Source: Stellaceae bacterium (GTDB lineage Bacteria > Pseudomonadota > Alphaproteobacteria > ATCC43930 > CGMCC-115725). Taken from it: a DNA stretch of 64,000 nucleotides. The notes beneath the pieces are model-generated. The model saw nothing but the letters and a program-made list of their open reading frames with translations. It ran no database searches and had not been told where the DNA came from. Below are positions 63,420 through 64,000 of this stretch, in pieces (within the stretch, counting starts at the first letter, position 1; each line of letters starts with the position of its first letter). Both the position numbers and the translations under genes were made by a program. The stretch is from NCBI GenBank assembly GCA_035570935.1, contig DATMKU010000032.1, positions 7,192-71,191 of the forward strand. Reading direction: 5' to 3'.

Positions 63420-64000
63420 TCACGGGGTCGGCACCCCGATCGACTTCAACCGCGCATGCGCGCGGGCCGCGCGCGCCTTCATCCCGTCGAGATAGGTGCT
63501 CACATCGTTCCCCGGCAAATTCAGCACCTTGCACCCGAGCCGCCAATATTCCTCGATCTGCGCCTCGGTCTCCGCCGATCCCCGCGCGAGCTTGCCGTGT
63601 ACGTTGCATGCCGCCGCGATCTGCCGCACCGCTGCTTTGAATTTCGGATGCTCGAGGTCGAGGTGAACCCCGAGCTGCGCGCTCAGGTCGGAATGGCCAT
63701 AGGCGATCATGTCGATCCCTTCGACCGCCGCGACCTCCTCGACATTCTCCAGCCCCTCGAGCGACTCGATCGACGGGCAGATGATGATGTTCTCGTTGGC
63801 CCATGGCGCGTATTCGGTGGCGTGGCGGGCGCCGTAGCTCTTGTATCCGGTGTGCGGCCCCTGCCCGGAGATGCCCCGGTTGCCGATCGGCGGATATTTC
63901 GCCAGGCGAACGATTGCGCGCGCCTCCTCGGCGGTTTCCACCTCGGACACCTGGATGCCCATGATGCCCTGATCGAGGATGCCGGGAATCAGATGCGCGA
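63420..64000 (-). CDS. HpcH/HpaI aldolase / citrate-lyase beta-like family protein, C-terminal part (gene runs off the window end)
   Basis: Reads ..LDQGIMGIQVSEVETAEEA...V...KYPP.G.RG.........Y...........N.....C..IES.EGLENVEE.AAVEGID....G.SDLS..LG. The reading frame is open to position 64000. Confidence 0.8.
   Translation of the reverse strand, partial: AHLIPGILDQGIMGIQVSEVETAEEARAIVRLAKYPPIGNRGISGQGPHTGYKSYGARHATEYAPWANENIIICPSIESLEGLENVEEVAAVEGIDMIAYGHSDLSAQLGVHLDLEHPKFKAAVRQIAAACNVHGKLARGSAETEAQIEEYWRLGCKVLNLPGNDVSTYLDGMKARAARAHARLKSIGVPTP

Overview
This is a visibly high-GC alphaproteobacterial chromosomal segment. Gene order and intergenic repeat types look Rhizobiales/Bradyrhizobiaceae-like, but that is an inference. 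I call about 60 protein-coding loci, one canonical tRNA-Val(CAC) followed by an atypical tRNA-like copy, no rRNA, no CRISPR, and no intact transposase or prophage.

The backbone consists of two conserved housekeeping blocks: argS - Pro-rich protein - nagZ - M50 protease - scpA - scpB on the minus strand, and trpD - trpC/moaC - moeA - lexA - sodB on the plus strand. Metabolic accessory genes sit between them. These include a thiolase/DUF35 pair, hydantoinase B, malic enzyme, a family III CoA-transferase, a TPP enzyme with an ureohydrolase and an MlrC-like peptidase, a GMC oxidoreductase, an amidase cluster, luciferase-like monooxygenases, and gmd/fcl. There are also two type II PIN toxin-antitoxin pairs.

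The points most worth a second look:
- An in-frame TrpC-MoaC fusion ORF.
- A translationally coupled module of a PLP C-S lyase-like enzyme plus two extra MoeA paralogs, one of them fused to a periplasmic-binding-protein-like domain.
- A GatC/AtzG-like mini-ORF overlapping an amidase-signature gene.
- An atypical second tRNA.
- A lower-GC orphan island at about 3.0-4.6 kb.
- A striking number of decayed genes: a PQQ dehydrogenase/cytochrome c gene, an ABC transporter operon collapsed to about 560 bp, an NTF2-like gene, an aldo/keto reductase, and IS630/IS256 fragments.
- Several REP-like repeat families, some of which intrude into coding regions.

I did not recognise any known defence system. 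All family assignments come from motif recognition by eye and need database confirmation. Many long ORFs in the six-frame track are antisense artefacts of the high GC content.
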